Shown here: piece by piece, positions 1-13,681 of the stretch
Position numbering within the stretch: the first letter of the stretch is position 1
Layout: the number at the start of each line of letters is the position of its first letter
Source: Octopus vulgaris
Taxonomy: Eukaryota
Direction of reading: 5' to 3'
NCBI GenBank assembly: GCA_951406725.2
Contig: OX597819.1
Coordinates: 66,836,001-66,900,000 of the forward strand
DNA length: 64,000 nucleotides
Translations under genes and position numbers: made by a program
Notes under the pieces: generated by a model
What the model saw: only the letters and a program-made list of their open reading frames with translations
Databases searched by the model: none
Told to the model about the DNA's origin: nothing

Positions 1-700
1 TTATGATAGCATTGGGTAAACCCGAGAACAGTTTGGCTAATGTACGTTTCAGATTTTATAATATTGTTTCTCCATGTTCGTCATATTTATGTTGAAACCG
101 CTCCACTGTATTCGTCGACGACTTCGTTGAACCGGAACAAAGGTTCTGATTTTGTGCCTGTTTCGTAGCGATTAGCAATAATCTATTATTCTGTACTAGA
201 TTATTCTGTATTTCAGCGGGAAATATTTTGTAATATAATAATCTTAACTCTTTGTATTCATGCTAAATATATTTTTTCAGTGTCAAAATTTGTAAGAATA
301 ATCAGAAAAATGACGGATATATTCTTCGTATGGGGGTGGACATTTCAAACATATAATTTGTTTTGCTATAGAGATGATATTTGACATTTGCTTTGTATTG
401 TTAAAATATCAATTACTTATGATGATGCCGTGCATAAATTTACATCCATAAATGATCAATTACATATAAACAAACAAACTTTTGTAAATGCTTTGGCATT
501 CACCTCCATGGGGTTTCTAATCAATAGATAGAGCTGTCAATCTCTCGCATGGAATTCTCAATTTTTTTAATGAAATATATTCAAAATTTATCCTGTCAAA
601 AGGCCATATCAAAGCAAGATGGCTGATGAAAACTTAATGCTGGAAAATAATGTCATTCAAAACAGCGATGTAGCGTTCGCACAATTCAAGTTGTCTTTTA

Positions 701-916
701 AGCTGGCAGAAACGTTAGCGCGCCGGGCGAAATGCTTAGCGCTATTTCGTCTGCCGTTACGTTCTGAGGTCAAAATCCGCCGAGGTCGACTTTGCCTTTC
801 ATCCTTTCGGGGTCGATAAATTAAGTACCAGTTACGCACTGGGGTCGATGTAATCGACTTAATCCCTTTGTCTGTCCTTGTTTGTCCTCTCTATGTTTAG
901 CCCCTTGTGGGCAATA
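701..916 (+). mobile_element. tRNA-derived SINE, family A (near full-length)
   Basis: AGCTGGCAGAAACGTTAGC A-box-like head, GAGGTCAAAATCC B-box-like motif, central GCCTTTCATCCTTTCGGGGTCGATAAATTAAGTACCAG; >20 related copies in the window. Confidence 0.85.
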
Positions 917-1112
917 AAAAAAAATTATACAATACCGAAAGCAATGATTGCTTATTATGAGATGCGCGCGCACATACACACACTTGGAACACATTCATAC
1001 AAACATACATACATACATACATACATGCATACATAAATACATATATACATTCATACATAAATACGTACATACATGTATATATATGTTTGTCTGTCCTTGT
1101 TCGTATCTGTGT

Positions 1113-1507
1113 TTATTTCCCACTAGGGGCTAAACATAGAGAGGACAAACAAGGATAGGCTAAAGGATTAAGTCGATTACATCGACACCAGTGCGTAATT
1201 GGTACTTAATTTCTCGGCACTGAAAGGACGAAAGGCTAAGTCGACCTCGGCGGAGTTTGAACTCAGAACGTACTGGCAGACGAAATACCTATTTCTTTAC
1301 TACCCACAAGAGACTAAACTCTGAGAGGACAAACAAGAACATACAAACGGATTAAGTCGATTATATGAACCCCAGTGCGTAACTGGTACTTATTTAATCG
1401 ACCCCGAAAGGATGAAAGACAAAGTCGACCTCGACTGAGTTTGAACTCAGAACGTAGCGGCAGGCGAAATACCTATTTATTTACTACCCACAAGGGGTTA
1501 AACACAG
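1113..1507 (-). mobile_element. SINE family A head-to-tail multimer (two ~185-bp units plus a partial third)
   Basis: Repeated unit with junction GAAATACCTATTT(C/A)TTTACTACCCAC at ~1282 and ~1467. Confidence 0.8.
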
Positions 1508-1909
1508 TAGTGATCTTTCGGATATCACCCTCTCTTCTTCGATCTCTCTCTTTCCTCCGTTCCCTCCAAATGTATCTCTATAACGTCGTTTGACATACAC
1601 ACATATATATATATGCGAGTGTGTGTGTGTGTGTGTTTGTGTGTGAGTGTGTGTGTGTGTGTTTTATATATATGTGTGTATCTATTATAAAATAGGGTAT
1701 CTGCAAGATACCGGCATGCTGAAAATAGCAGCCAAAATCTGATTCTAAAACCAATTTAAATGTTCATACAGCACAAGGAGAGAAGACAAAAAGACAAAAT
1801 AAATTAGCAAAATATTACTGGATAATTCCAAATCCCGGATTTGTGGATTTGCGTTAAGAAATGCTTTGCCGCTTCAGTGGAATATACGCAGAAAGTAACA
1901 TAAATACAT

Positions 1910-1948
<39 letters not shown>

Positions 1949-1982
1949 CTTTATTTAAAAGCAGCAGAAAATTCAACAAAAC

Positions 1983-2020
1983 CTGTTACTCTGAGTTTCA
2001 CGTTCCCGTTCGTCGGACAG
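1983..2020 (-). ncRNA. minimal type-I hammerhead ribozyme, U4C core variant (PLE terminal remnant)
   Basis: Minus strand CTGT-CCGACGA-ACG(GGAA)CGT-GAAA-CTCAGAG-TA/ACAG: stems I, II and III all pair, GUA cleavage triplet; lies between (TA)n tracts. Confidence 0.6.
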
Positions 2021-2068
2021 TTTTTGCTATATATATAAAAAATTATCAATACTTACATATACGAACGT

Positions 2069-2133
<65 letters not shown>

Positions 2134-2142
2134 AAATCAAAA

Positions 2143-2732
<590 letters not shown>

Positions 2733-2967
2733 CTGCATATGTGATCGGATTTAGCTGAAAATATGCACACCTAAGTTAAAAGTACTAGCGAGTTTGCATG
2801 GCAACTTTAAGTTTGCTCAATTGAAAGGCATCGCCTCGAGGGCAAAATTCCTCATGTTTTAAAATGTGGCCCGCGTAGACCCGGATGAAATCGGGTTATA
2901 ATACCGGAACAATTAAAACAATAATAAACTATTTTAATCCGGAGCAAGGCCCGGTTTATCTGTCTGA

Positions 2968-3473
2968 TCTATGAAATGAAGAATGCGAACGTTGATACAA
3001 ATTGGAATTTTATGTAAAAAGGGGACTAAATGAGGCTGGAAGGAGATTAAAACTTACAGGAGGGAGTAACTTGAGGTGAGAAATTAATTGGGAGACGTTT
3101 TGGGGCGCTACAATGGTTGCTTTGGTGTGAAAACTGGGATTTTATTGCTTTTGGGGGGACACTTTGGGGTCTAGACCGGACACCTTTTTGCCCGATTTCA
3201 ATCAAATTTTCAACATGGTAAAGTGGAAGCGGATTTGTAATTTAAACACGGAAATCTAATTTCTTTTATAAATACCAGAGAGTTAAATGGAGAAAGATAA
3301 AGAATAGGAGAAAGCGAGGGAGAGTCCGAGGGAAAGGAAGAATAAGAGAGTGGGAAAGTGAGAAAGGAGAGAGAAACAAAGAGAGATAATATGGTGAGAA
3401 GAAACAGAAAGGAAGCAACAGAAAGTAACAAACACACCCTCACCTGCGCGTAGAGCGGGTCACCTTAAGCTAG
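2968..3473 (+). mobile_element. non-autonomous Helitron
   Basis: 5' A/TC start; 3' GC hairpin CCTGCGCGTAGAGCGGG followed by CTAG/T at 3470-3474. Confidence 0.5.
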
Positions 3474-3476
3474 TCA

Positions 3477-4200
3477 TCTCTATCTATAAAGCTGAAATGC
3501 GAACAGTTTGTTTGTCTGATTTTGCGATTGGAACGGGTTAAGGGGTACTAGATGGGATCGGACTGGCTTCGAAATTTACAGGGACATGTAAAAAGAGACG
3601 AGGAAATCAGTGGACTAGGTTAGAAATCTCTATCTCAAAAGCTGTCGTTACTAGGGAAACAAAACCCACACTTTGATAAGTGTTTGTCGTTTCTCTCTTT
3701 GGGATATCACCCACTTTTCCTCCGTCTCTCTCTATCGTTCCTCTCTTCCCACCACGTTCTCTCTATGACGACGTTTGACAGCTTCGCCATCTCTCTCTCA
3801 ACCTTTCTTCCACCACCTCTCTCACTCTACGTCTGTCTATATCTATAGAGAGAAAGCGTTGAAGAGTGACTTCGTTCTTTCTTTCCCCCTCTCACATTTC
3901 TTTGCCTTTATTACTCACTTTTCACTTCACATTGCGTCCCTGCGTTTTTTCTCGACGCTCCTTGTTTCTTCTGTCCATCTTCTTCTGCGGCGCTCTCTCT
4001 CTTCTCTTCCTCTTCTTTAATTCATTGTTACTCTTTTTCTCTCTCTTCTCTTCTCTCGTGACCGATACTGCTAGCCCTCTTTTTGCGTCTAACTGTGGTC
4101 ACTGCTACGTCGATATTCTTTCCTATGTTTCTGAAAGTCTTGTATCTCTGACGTAAGGTTTCATTTCCACGTACGCCACCGGAATTCAATTCGTCTCCAG
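3477..4200 (+). mobile_element. Helitron-like element in tandem with the preceding one (3' end uncertain)
   Basis: TCTCTATCTATAAAGCTGAAATGCGAACAGTTTGTTTGTCTG start resembles the 2968 start; segment 3698-3780 is shared with 1515-1594. Confidence 0.4.
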
Positions 4201-4250
4201 TCGAAAAACACCTGTTGTTATGTCCTGTTATCATTATTATTATTATTAGT

Positions 4251-4630
4251 GGAGGCACAATGGCCCATTGGTTAGGGCAGCGGACTCGCGGTCGTAGGAT
4301 CGCGGTTTCGATTCCCAGACCGAGCGTTGTGTGTGTTTATTGAGCGAAAACACCTAAAGCTCCAAGAGGCTCCGGCAGGGGATGGTGGTGATCCCTGCTG
4401 TACTCTTTCACCACAACTCTCTCTCACTCTTACTTCCTGTTTCTGTTGTACCTGTATTTCAAAGGGCCGGCCTTGTCACTCTCTGTGTCACGCTGAATAT
4501 CCTCGAGAACTACGTTAAGGGTACACGTGTCTTTGGAGTGCTCAGCCACTTACACGTTAATTTCACGAGCAGGCTGTTCCGTTGATTCGGATCAACCGGA
4601 ATCCTCGTCGTCGTAACCGACGGAGTGCTT
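4251..4630 (+). mobile_element. tRNA-derived SINE, family B (full-length)
   Basis: TGGCCCATTGGTTAGG A-box, GGTTTCGATTCCC B-box; homologous copies at 6287-6892, 34148, 54498 and 60182; followed by (TTA)n. Confidence 0.85.
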
Positions 4631-4631
4631 C

Positions 4632-4695
<64 letters not shown>

Positions 4696-5468
4696 GTTAT
4701 TATTAATTTTATTGTATTTTGTATTTATATTCGTGTAACATCGTCTGTTTTTACGTCCTTGTTTTGCTATACATTCGATGCTTTCTTCCAACGAATCTAA
4801 TACTCTTCGCTTAGTTTTTCCTTAGGGCTGGCCAGATTGGAGCAATCTCAAGATTAATCAGCTGAAATTGCGAAGATGATCCGGTTCTTGACTGAGGATA
4901 GAAAGCTTCGAATGACTCATCCTTGTTTTATTGTATTGTCTATATGGATGTTTTGTTGTCCCTTTTTGTATCACCTAGTTTTCTGAATGTTTTGCGTTCT
5001 TGTCCCATTTGATATATATATATATCCTCGGCTCGGTGTATGATGCGTTTTCGATTACTTAGTAAATGAAAAATGTATGGTAAATTAACATACGGTATAA
5101 TGTATACTGAGGGTAAAACCATACGGAGACAAACACAGGAGGTCTTTATTTCTTGACCAGTTATCAGCTAATTGTTAATACTCACTATCGTGCCTTTAAT
5201 GATGAAACTGGGAGCTTCGCAATTGGCGGCGCCCGCAAAAAATGTATGCATCATTACTTAGTTTTCAGTCAATCACCAAATTTAATCAGTGCCTACGCGC
5301 CTACTCTTGTTTGTATCTACACATCGGGGTTTACTTGGAGAACTTAGTACTGTAGCGGAAGGTAGTCCTTCGGCATGGGCACAGTCCGATAAATAAAGTT
5401 AAATTTGAAAGATAAATGCACGCAAAACAAAGATATATATGTCTTTGATATTGTGTGTGCGTGTGTAT

Positions 5469-5501
<33 letters not shown>

Positions 5502-6059
5502 GTTATGTATGTGCGCATGTGCATCTGTGTAAGCGCACGCGCCTGAGAGAGAGGGAGAGAGAGAAAAGAGAGACATACAGATTTGTACCTACCTCGTAGT
5601 TGAGTGACATTATATAATGTATACAATCGTCACATACATAGGGAATCATAGTACCAAGCTGTCAGAAGAGCAAAATAAGTTAACAGTCAAAACGGAATAT
5701 GAGTACTGCACTAAAGTGTCTACCTTAATAGCAATTTCATAAGTCAAATCTGTTGATAAACATCGCAAGAAGTTGCACCATTCAATTACTCCAAAACGAA
5801 ATTTATCGCAATCATTTTGTAGATTGGTCGCGACACGCATGAACAGTTATTTGGCAGCTATCAGACCTGTGGGTATCTGATGTTACTATATTCACAATAC
5901 AGACACACAAACCACCACACACATACATACACTCACACGCACACACAGAGATGAGTATATTGTAATATACATGCATATGTATACATAGGCTCTGGCGTGG
6001 ATAAATGGTAAGCAGCTTGCTTTCCAACCCCATGGTGCTGGGTTCAGTTCGTATTTTTC

Positions 6060-6255
6060 CATAGTAGAACATTTGCCAGAGACCATATTCACCAATGGCA
6101 CCAGTGTGGGAAATAAATCTGAGGATATGAAAACACTGGGCCTAATAGCATCTAAATTATTTGAAATGATAACTAATACGAACTGAAGCATGCGGAATAT
6201 CTCCCAACTATACAGTTTCAAAGTGTACAACACTTGTATTCTTCCTGTCGCAACC
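6060..6255 (+). pseudogene. RTE-like LINE RT C-terminal fragment
   Basis: Translates to ...FKVYNTCILPV, typical of the region after the RT thumb in RTE elements; frameshifted. Confidence 0.4.
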
Positions 6256-6286
6256 TCCACCTCGAACATACAGATCTTTAAACGTG

Positions 6287-6892
6287 GCACTCCGTCGGTT
6301 ACGACGACGAGAGTTCCAGTTGATCCGATCAACGGAACAGCCTGCTCGTAAAATTAACGTGCAAGTAGCTAAGCAGTCCACATACACATGTACCTATTTC
6401 TTTACTGCCCACAAGGGGCTACAAACAGAGGGGACAAACAAGGACAGACAAAAGGATTAAGTCGATTATATCGACCCCAGTGCGTAGATGGTACTTAATT
6501 TATCGACCCCGAAAGGATGAAAGACAAAGTCGACCTCGGCGGAATTTGAACTCCCAACGTAATGGCAGCCGAAATACCGCTAAGCATTTCGCCCGATGTG
6601 CTAACGATTCTGCCAGCTCGCCGCATTTTATACATATGTACTATTAACGTAGTTCACGGGTAGATTCGGCGTGACACAGGGTGTGTCAAGGCTACAGCAG
6701 AGACAAGAAGAAAGAGTGAGAGAAAGTTGTGGGGAAAGAGTACAGCAGAGTTCGCCACCATCCCCTGCAGGAGTCTCGTGGAGCTTTAGGTATTTTCGCT
6801 CAATAAACGCTCACAACACCCGGTCTGGGTATCGAAATCGCGATCTAACGACTGCGAGTTCGCTGCCATAATCACTAGGCAATTGCGCCTCC
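6287..6892 (-). mobile_element. SINE family B interrupted by a nested family A SINE (6394-6625, -)
   Basis: The two halves of family B rejoin across the insertion; 12-bp TSD ATACACATGTAC (6382-6393) / ATACATATGTAC (6630-6641). Confidence 0.8.
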
Positions 6893-7932
6893 ACATATAG
6901 ATCCTTATAACCGAAGATATAAACAGTTGTGAAGCATGTGTGTGCATTTTTTTAACATTTGTACGATCTTCCCAAACAGTTTTGCAATGTGTCGATTATT
7001 ACACTAGTGTATATGTTGTTTTCCCTTTCTCGTCTACTGAGATATATAACAACTTACCGCGTTTTAGCCTTTTCACTGTTAATATGACGTTAGTCTTAAT
7101 ATTTATTTGTCTTTGTTTTTAATCAGCAATCATCCGCCACCTTCACCTCCTTCAACTTTATCGCTATTCTGTTCGCTTCTATTTCTCACTATTTCTTGCA
7201 AAATCTATTAGTTGCAAATCTAGAATTTTTAAATAATTGATTCTCACACTTAACAACACGAAGGAAAATCTATTTCGAAATGTTTCCCTGTGTATTTCAT
7301 TTTTAATCGTTGAACGTTTACCTTCATTGCACATATTATATCTTTAAGCGTGAATGCGCTACACCACAGAATGACTGCAGCGGTTAATAATACACCGTGT
7401 GTTTTTCCAGTGAAGATTGTTTGCATATTGATATTTCATTGCGTTTAAATGTCTTTCTTCCTTGCGGTGGGGCGTCATAATACATTCCATTTAAGTAATA
7501 TTGTGTACCTATTCTACTGTGACTTTTCTTTCAAATTTCTGCGGTTATGCAAGAAGCATTTTTTTCTTTAAACAGGTGCAGTAAATAAGGAGAAAATCCA
7601 CAACATATATTTCATTCTTGTTATAAAAATCGAAGAATTCTGCATCAATAAAATGCCTTTAAAGAACATTTAAGCCTATATATTCTGGTTTCGAATGGAT
7701 GGATATAAAATGATTGAATGCATGAAATCATCATTGCAGAGAATACAGATTTGCTGGTTGGATAATGCCCTTTTCATAACTATCGAACAATCATATTTAT
7801 CCAGAATTAAGATGAATGCATACACAAAGGTTTGCCAATGATATTTTTAACGCATTATAATTTGGATAATTCATTTACCATATTTCGCTATATTATGTTA
7901 TTTTACCACTAATATTTCAAAACCGGTTTGAA

Positions 7933-7957
7933 GCTGCTGCTGCTACTGCTGTTGCTG

Positions 7958-8035
<78 letters not shown>

Positions 8036-8176
8036 TTGCTACTACTACTAATAATGATACTACTACTACCACCACCACCATCACCACCACGACTACCACC
8101 ACTACCACCACTACAACTACTACTACTACTAACAGCACCATCATCATTTCTACCACTACTACTACTAATAATAGTA

Positions 8177-8210
<34 letters not shown>

Positions 8211-8220
8211 CGATGATGAT
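7933..8220. repeat. compound trinucleotide microsatellite (CTG/CTA/CCA/ATG)
   Basis: Direct reading; source of the poly-L/V/S pseudo-ORFs. Confidence 0.95.
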
Positions 8221-8224
8221 ACTG

Positions 8225-8405
8225 TCTACTAAGCACAAGGCCTCCAATTTGGGGGAGAGGATTAATCGATTTCATTGACCCCAGTACGTAACTGGTACTT
8301 AATTTATTGACCCCGAACGGATGTCAGGCAAAGTCGACCTCAGCGGAATTTGAACTCAGAATTTAAAGACAGACGAAATACCGCCAAGCATTTCGCTCAG
8401 TGCCT
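8225..8405 (-). mobile_element. SINE family A
   Basis: Reverse complement of the family A core. Confidence 0.75.
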
Positions 8406-9452
8406 TTATAATAATGATAATCTAAACAAAATTCTGCTTGTCATTGTGTTACTTAGCCAGTCGATAAAGCATTCGCGTGAATAGAGAGAAAGAGGAAGAA
8501 AGGCGAGAGAAAAGAAGGAGAGAAAAAGAGGGTGAGAGAAGCTTCAATGACATGAGGAAGAGAGAAAGTAATTGTAACGCTTTCACATGATTAGTTGAAG
8601 GGAAAGAGAGGAGAAAGAAAAAGGAGAATAGGATAAGGAGGAGAGAGAGAGAGAAAGAGGCAGAAAGAAAAAGAGGGAGAGTCCATGACGTGAGGTAGAG
8701 GAAGCGTAATATTTATTACGTGGTTAAAACAGTTTGTTGAAGGCAGAGGAAAAGAATTACAAATGTAATAGCAGAAGAGTGATGTTCTGATGGTGAGGTT
8801 AAAGAATTCCAGACAGAGAGAGGAGGAACAAGAGGGAGAAGAAAAGGAGAGAGAGGGGAGAAATGGTGGTGGTGGGGGTGGGGGTGGTGGAGGTGGAGGT
8901 GGTGATGTTGGTGGTGGAGGCGGATAGTGGAAAGTAATTTTTAAAGATTGAATTAACATTTTTACATCACCTATCACTTAACGCATGCGCATAATTGAAA
9001 TTCCTTGAAATATTCACGCTTATTCACGCTTATTTACGCTTATTTAACTAAAGAGTTTATCATATGTACGTGATTTTGTTTTGTAGTGGGCAATGGGAAC
9101 ATAAGTTTAAATACTTATTTTATGTGTGTTGTGCATTAAGTCTATAAAATTGTGCATAAAGTATAAAAAAGGGTATAAATAAAGTGCATTAAGTAATCAT
9201 GGTATTCCGATTTCTTTTACTTTTCAATGAGCAGCAGATGGGCGACTGTCTTTCCATACAGACAAAACACAGGCTACTCTTTCGGGTTTTGGGGATTAAG
9301 TTTTCAAAAATAACCCAATAAGTTTAACATTTTTCACGGGTCCCTCAAGTAATAATATTCACGGGTCCCTCAAGTAATAATAGCAACAACAACAACAACA
9401 CTAATAATAATAACAATAATAATAATAATAATATTAATAATAATAATAATAA

Positions 9453-9483
<31 letters not shown>

Positions 9484-9518
9484 AGTAATAACAACAACAA
9501 CAACAACAACAACAATAA

Positions 9519-10520
9519 TCCTTTCTAGGAACCTGAATTTTTTTTTTTTTTGGTGGGGGGACTAGTCGATTGCATCGACCTCATTTTTTCACTGGTACTT
9601 TATCGATGCCGAAAGGATGAAAGGCAAAGTCGACATCGTTGAAATTCGAACTCACAACGTAAACCTGGAAGAAATGCTGTGAAAGCATTTTGTCCAGCAT
9701 GTTAACGTATTTACCAACTCGACGCCTTATAACCTTTCTACTATAAGCTCAAGGGCTGAAATTTGTGGGGAGGGGACTAGTTGATTACATCGACCCCCGG
9801 TGTTTTACTGGTACTTTTCGTAAAGGATGAAAAGCAAAGTCGACCTCGGTGGAATTTGAACTCAGAACGTAGCGACAGGAGAAATACCGCTAAACCTTTC
9901 GTCTGGTGCGCTAACGATTCTCTCTATTATAAGAACACGGCCTGAAATATGCGGATGGGGGTGGGGATTAAGTCGATTACATTGACCCAGTGTTTTACTG
10001 GTACTTAATTTATAGACCCCCAAAAGGATGAAAGGCAAAGTCAACCTCAGCGGAATTTGAACTCGCCACTTTTCTCCACGCCTTAATAACAGGGACAATA
10101 TAGTAATAAGGCAAACAGTCCAAACACAATAACGGCTTTAATTACTGAATTCAAATCTCACCGAATTCAATTTATCCTTTTATTCTATCGGAGGCGATAA
10201 AATAATGATCCAGTCAATTTGAAGGTACCAAGATGGCTTATTCCCAAAGGAATTCCTGGCTTTGCACTGGAAAGGAACAAGCTACAATATCAGGAAAAAC
10301 AGACATAATACTTTCTACTGGAGGCACAGGGCCTGAAATTTGGAGGAGGATGATATTCGATTAGATCGACACCAGTATGAAACTGGTACTTAATTTATTG
10401 ACCCCGCAAGGATGAAACGCAAAGTCGACCTCGGCCGAGCTTGAACTTAGAACGTAAAGACAGGCGAAATACCGCTAAACGTTTCACCTGGCGTGCTAAG
10501 GATTCTGCCTGTTTACGGCC
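9519..10520 (-). mobile_element. cluster of SINE family A copies (three at 9519-10065, one at 10310-10520)
   Basis: Repeated AAGGATGAAAGGCAAAGTCGACCTCGGCGGAATTTGAACTC-type core. Confidence 0.75.
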
Positions 10521-11455
10521 TTTGAATACAGTGACATAATAATTGAAGTCTGCTAAAATTGCCTTGCAATATTTTTTGCAACTCTACGTTTTCAGATCAA
10601 ATCTTGCCAGAGTCAATTTTATCGCTCCGGTGTACGTAAAATATAATTGTCGACTAACCGTTTCGCTTAAAATTTCTAGTTGTGTGTCCAAAATTGTTGT
10701 GATTACTATTACCGTTATTGTGTTGGTGAGCTAACAGAACCCTGAGCACTTTAGGGTAAATGTTTAGCTACATTTTACCTGATTCAGCTTTCAAAACCTG
10801 CTCGTTTTTCTTTTTCAGCAATTTCTTGTACAAAAAAAAAAAAGAAGAGTGAAAAAAAAATCGAATTCGCTATAGCAGGAAAATGAGACATGAGCTGGAA
10901 CTCAGCAGAAACTTTTTTCATGTCGAAATTATGAAATATATATATTTTCCAGAGATATCGGAAAGGGTCGTTATATATTTATTATAAACTTACAAGAACA
11001 CCAGTGAAAGTGACTTCAAATTATGATCTGATAGTCTTCGTTCGACAGCGTGATAAAGGCTATCGGACCGAATGCTTGAAGTTAATGTCATACCTCTTCA
11101 TGCAAATGTATAATGTATGTATATGCTCTCTACAAAACGTAACGACTAGATATTCAGTTCAATGTTAAAGTGTTGTTATCATAACAGGACATAAAAACAA
11201 ACAATAATAAAGCATATGCGAGTACATATGTGTATGCATATGTGCGTGTGTACATATATATATATGAATATATAAATGTGTATCCATATATATATATATA
11301 TATGTATATGTATATATGTATATGTATATATGTATATGTATATATGTATATGTATATATGGATATGTATACATATATATATATATAGATAGATAGATAAA
11401 TGGGCATTTACAAATGTATATATATATATGTGTATATATATGTATATATGTATGC

Positions 11456-11486
<31 letters not shown>

Positions 11487-11615
11487 TATATAGTTGAGTA
11501 TAGAAATTCGGGGTGAGTACTTGATAATTATAAGCACCTGTGTATACCGTTTGGTGGTGTAGGTGGTGGAGTAAATTGATCAAAATAAAAATAAAAACAT
11601 GAGGCGAAGGATTCA

Positions 11616-11693
11616 GCGGTACATATGTTTCGGGCCTTTATTAGACAGATTTATAACAAAGCATAATGTATGTCTGTGGCCTTCTTCAGCCGC
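11616..11693 (-). ncRNA. type-I hammerhead ribozyme (left arm)
   Basis: Exact reverse complement of 11952-12029. Confidence 0.8.
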
Positions 11694-11951
11694 GCACAAC
11701 AGCTTCCACAAGGACATGTGTTACATCAAAAATTCTTGGTTGGGGATGCAAATCCTCTTCACCTCTATATACGTATTTATTTATTTACATTACCTCAACA
11801 TCCAAGTTTCCTCATTCTACATTGAGAGAAGAAAGAGATGGACGCTTCAATTCTATGCTGCTGCCGCATTATGTCGTACGTGAACGAGAGGATTTGCATC
11901 CCCAACCAAGAATTTTTGATGTAACACATGTCCTTGTGGAAGCTGTTGTGC

Positions 11952-12029
11952 GCGGCTGAAGAAGGCCACAGACATACATTATGCTTTGTTATAAATCTGT
12001 CTAATAAAGGCCCGAAACATATGTACCGC
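11952..12029 (+). ncRNA. type-I hammerhead ribozyme (right arm)
   Basis: GCGG-CTGAAGA-AGGCC...GGCCC-GAAA-CATATG-TA/CCGC; canonical core, palindromic stem III ACATATGT, predicted cleavage after A12025. Confidence 0.8.
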
Positions 12030-12068
12030 TGAATCCTTCGCCTCAAGTTTTTATTTTTATTTTGATCA

Positions 12069-12100
<32 letters not shown>

Positions 12101-12124
12101 GAGTATATATATATATGTATATAC

Positions 12125-12212
<88 letters not shown>

Positions 12213-12344
12213 TAGTACGTATTTATGTATAACTATTTACCATTGTCAACCAATACGAATTCAAAATTTTTCCAGAGTCCTGACATCCGTCGTCCAAGTG
12301 ATAAAATATATAACTCGTTGCAACAAAACAGCACCGGCAGGAAG

Positions 12345-12379
<35 letters not shown>

Positions 12380-12614
12380 GAACAACAACAACAACAACAA
12401 TAATAGTAATAATAATAATAATAATGATAATAATAATAATAATAATAACAATAATAATAATTATGATGTCGTTGTCATTTTGTCTTTGTTTAATACTTCA
12501 ATTTCGTTCGAGTATTTGATATGAATGAATTTTCACTCATATTTTTTTTTTGACATGGAATATCCAACATACTAAATTTCAGAAGTATTTATTTCTCAGC
12601 TCACACACACACAT

Positions 12615-12657
<43 letters not shown>

Positions 12658-12815
12658 CGCATACAGAGAGGGAAAGAGACAGGGAAAGAAAGGGGCAGAT
12701 GAATAGAGATATAGATAAATGGATAGAAGATATGTATATATGTATAGATATATATAATATATAGATACATATATGATAAACATACTTATATATATATATA
12801 TGTGTGTGTGTATAG

Positions 12816-12856
<41 letters not shown>

Positions 12857-12868
12857 GGTGGGTGTATG

Positions 12869-12899
<31 letters not shown>

Positions 12900-13264
12900 G
12901 TGTGTGTGTGTATGTGTGTGTATACACATACACATATATGTATACACCTATGTATCTGAACATACAAATTCCTATGCTACATGTAGTCATACCGAAAGGT
13001 AAACATATATACACAGTTATTTATTTATTTATATATTAATGTATGTATGTTGCAGAACAAGAAATGAGAGATGTCAGATCTTATTATAATAGAAGCTCGC
13101 ACGTTTGTATTGTTTAGTCAATAATACTGACAGCAACGTGTTAAGAAACTACTTCTCAGGAGACATCTTGTGACTATTTGCCAGAAAGTATGTTTGCAAA
13201 ACGATGTTTTAAAAAGAAATTTCATAGACAAATATATATATACATACATACATATATATATATA

Positions 13265-13665
13265 TCAGCACTGACCAATTCCCATCCCCACATTTTCACA
13301 CATGCACATACATACACGCACAAGTCCAGACCACCAGCCGTCTTTCACACGCACGTACATACTCTCCTATATACACACGCACCTTCATGTTGGGGATCAT
13401 CTTTACTTTGTTATCTCCCCTACTTCTTCGCTCTCCTGTGTGGCCCTTCTGTCCGGCAGTCGCCATGATAGATCGGTAGCCACTACACACATTTTTTTTA
13501 CTCTCCTTGTTTCTCTCCTTGTTTTTTTCTGTGCCCATTTCTGTATAAGAGCGTAGGCTCGAAACGTTAAAGTCTTTTTCTATTCCTGAGGGTTATACTA
13601 ATACATCTGTTTGTTTTGTACACCATCTGTCTTCCTCTTTTGTTTTTTCGTGAACTCTCCCTATA
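13265..13665 (+). mobile_element. 3' UTR / pLTR fragment of a PLE related to the 35986-40540 element
   Basis: Colinear similarity to the reverse complement of 35986-36420, including AAGAGCGTAGGCTCGAAACGTTAAAG (decayed hammerhead at 13538-13571). Confidence 0.7.
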
Positions 13666-13681
13666 TACATATATCCGACGA

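Larger units (their letters stand above)
11493..12070. mobile_element. Penelope-type foldback insertion with 184-bp inverted arms (11575-11758 / 11887-12070)
   Basis: Arms differ at one position that I could find; each carries a hammerhead; 128-bp spacer reads RIEASI on the minus strand (like a GIY-YIG C-terminus); both ends abut (TA)n. Confidence 0.8.

Noticed and set aside
1-560. Possible decayed RT (GVDISN...CYRDDI)
   Set aside because: Only a weak YADD-like trace among stops; cannot be supported by eye
4251-4325. tRNA-like sequence with A and B boxes
   Set aside because: It is the head of a multi-copy SINE, not a complete cloverleaf tRNA gene
5025-5395. Possible further PLE end on the minus strand (GATAACTGGTCAA resembling GAAACCGGTCAA)
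   Set aside because: Hammerhead core not recoverable
9334-9382. 25-bp tandem duplication TTCACGGGTCCCTCAAGTAATAATA
   Set aside because: Ordinary slippage duplication next to a (TAA)n tract
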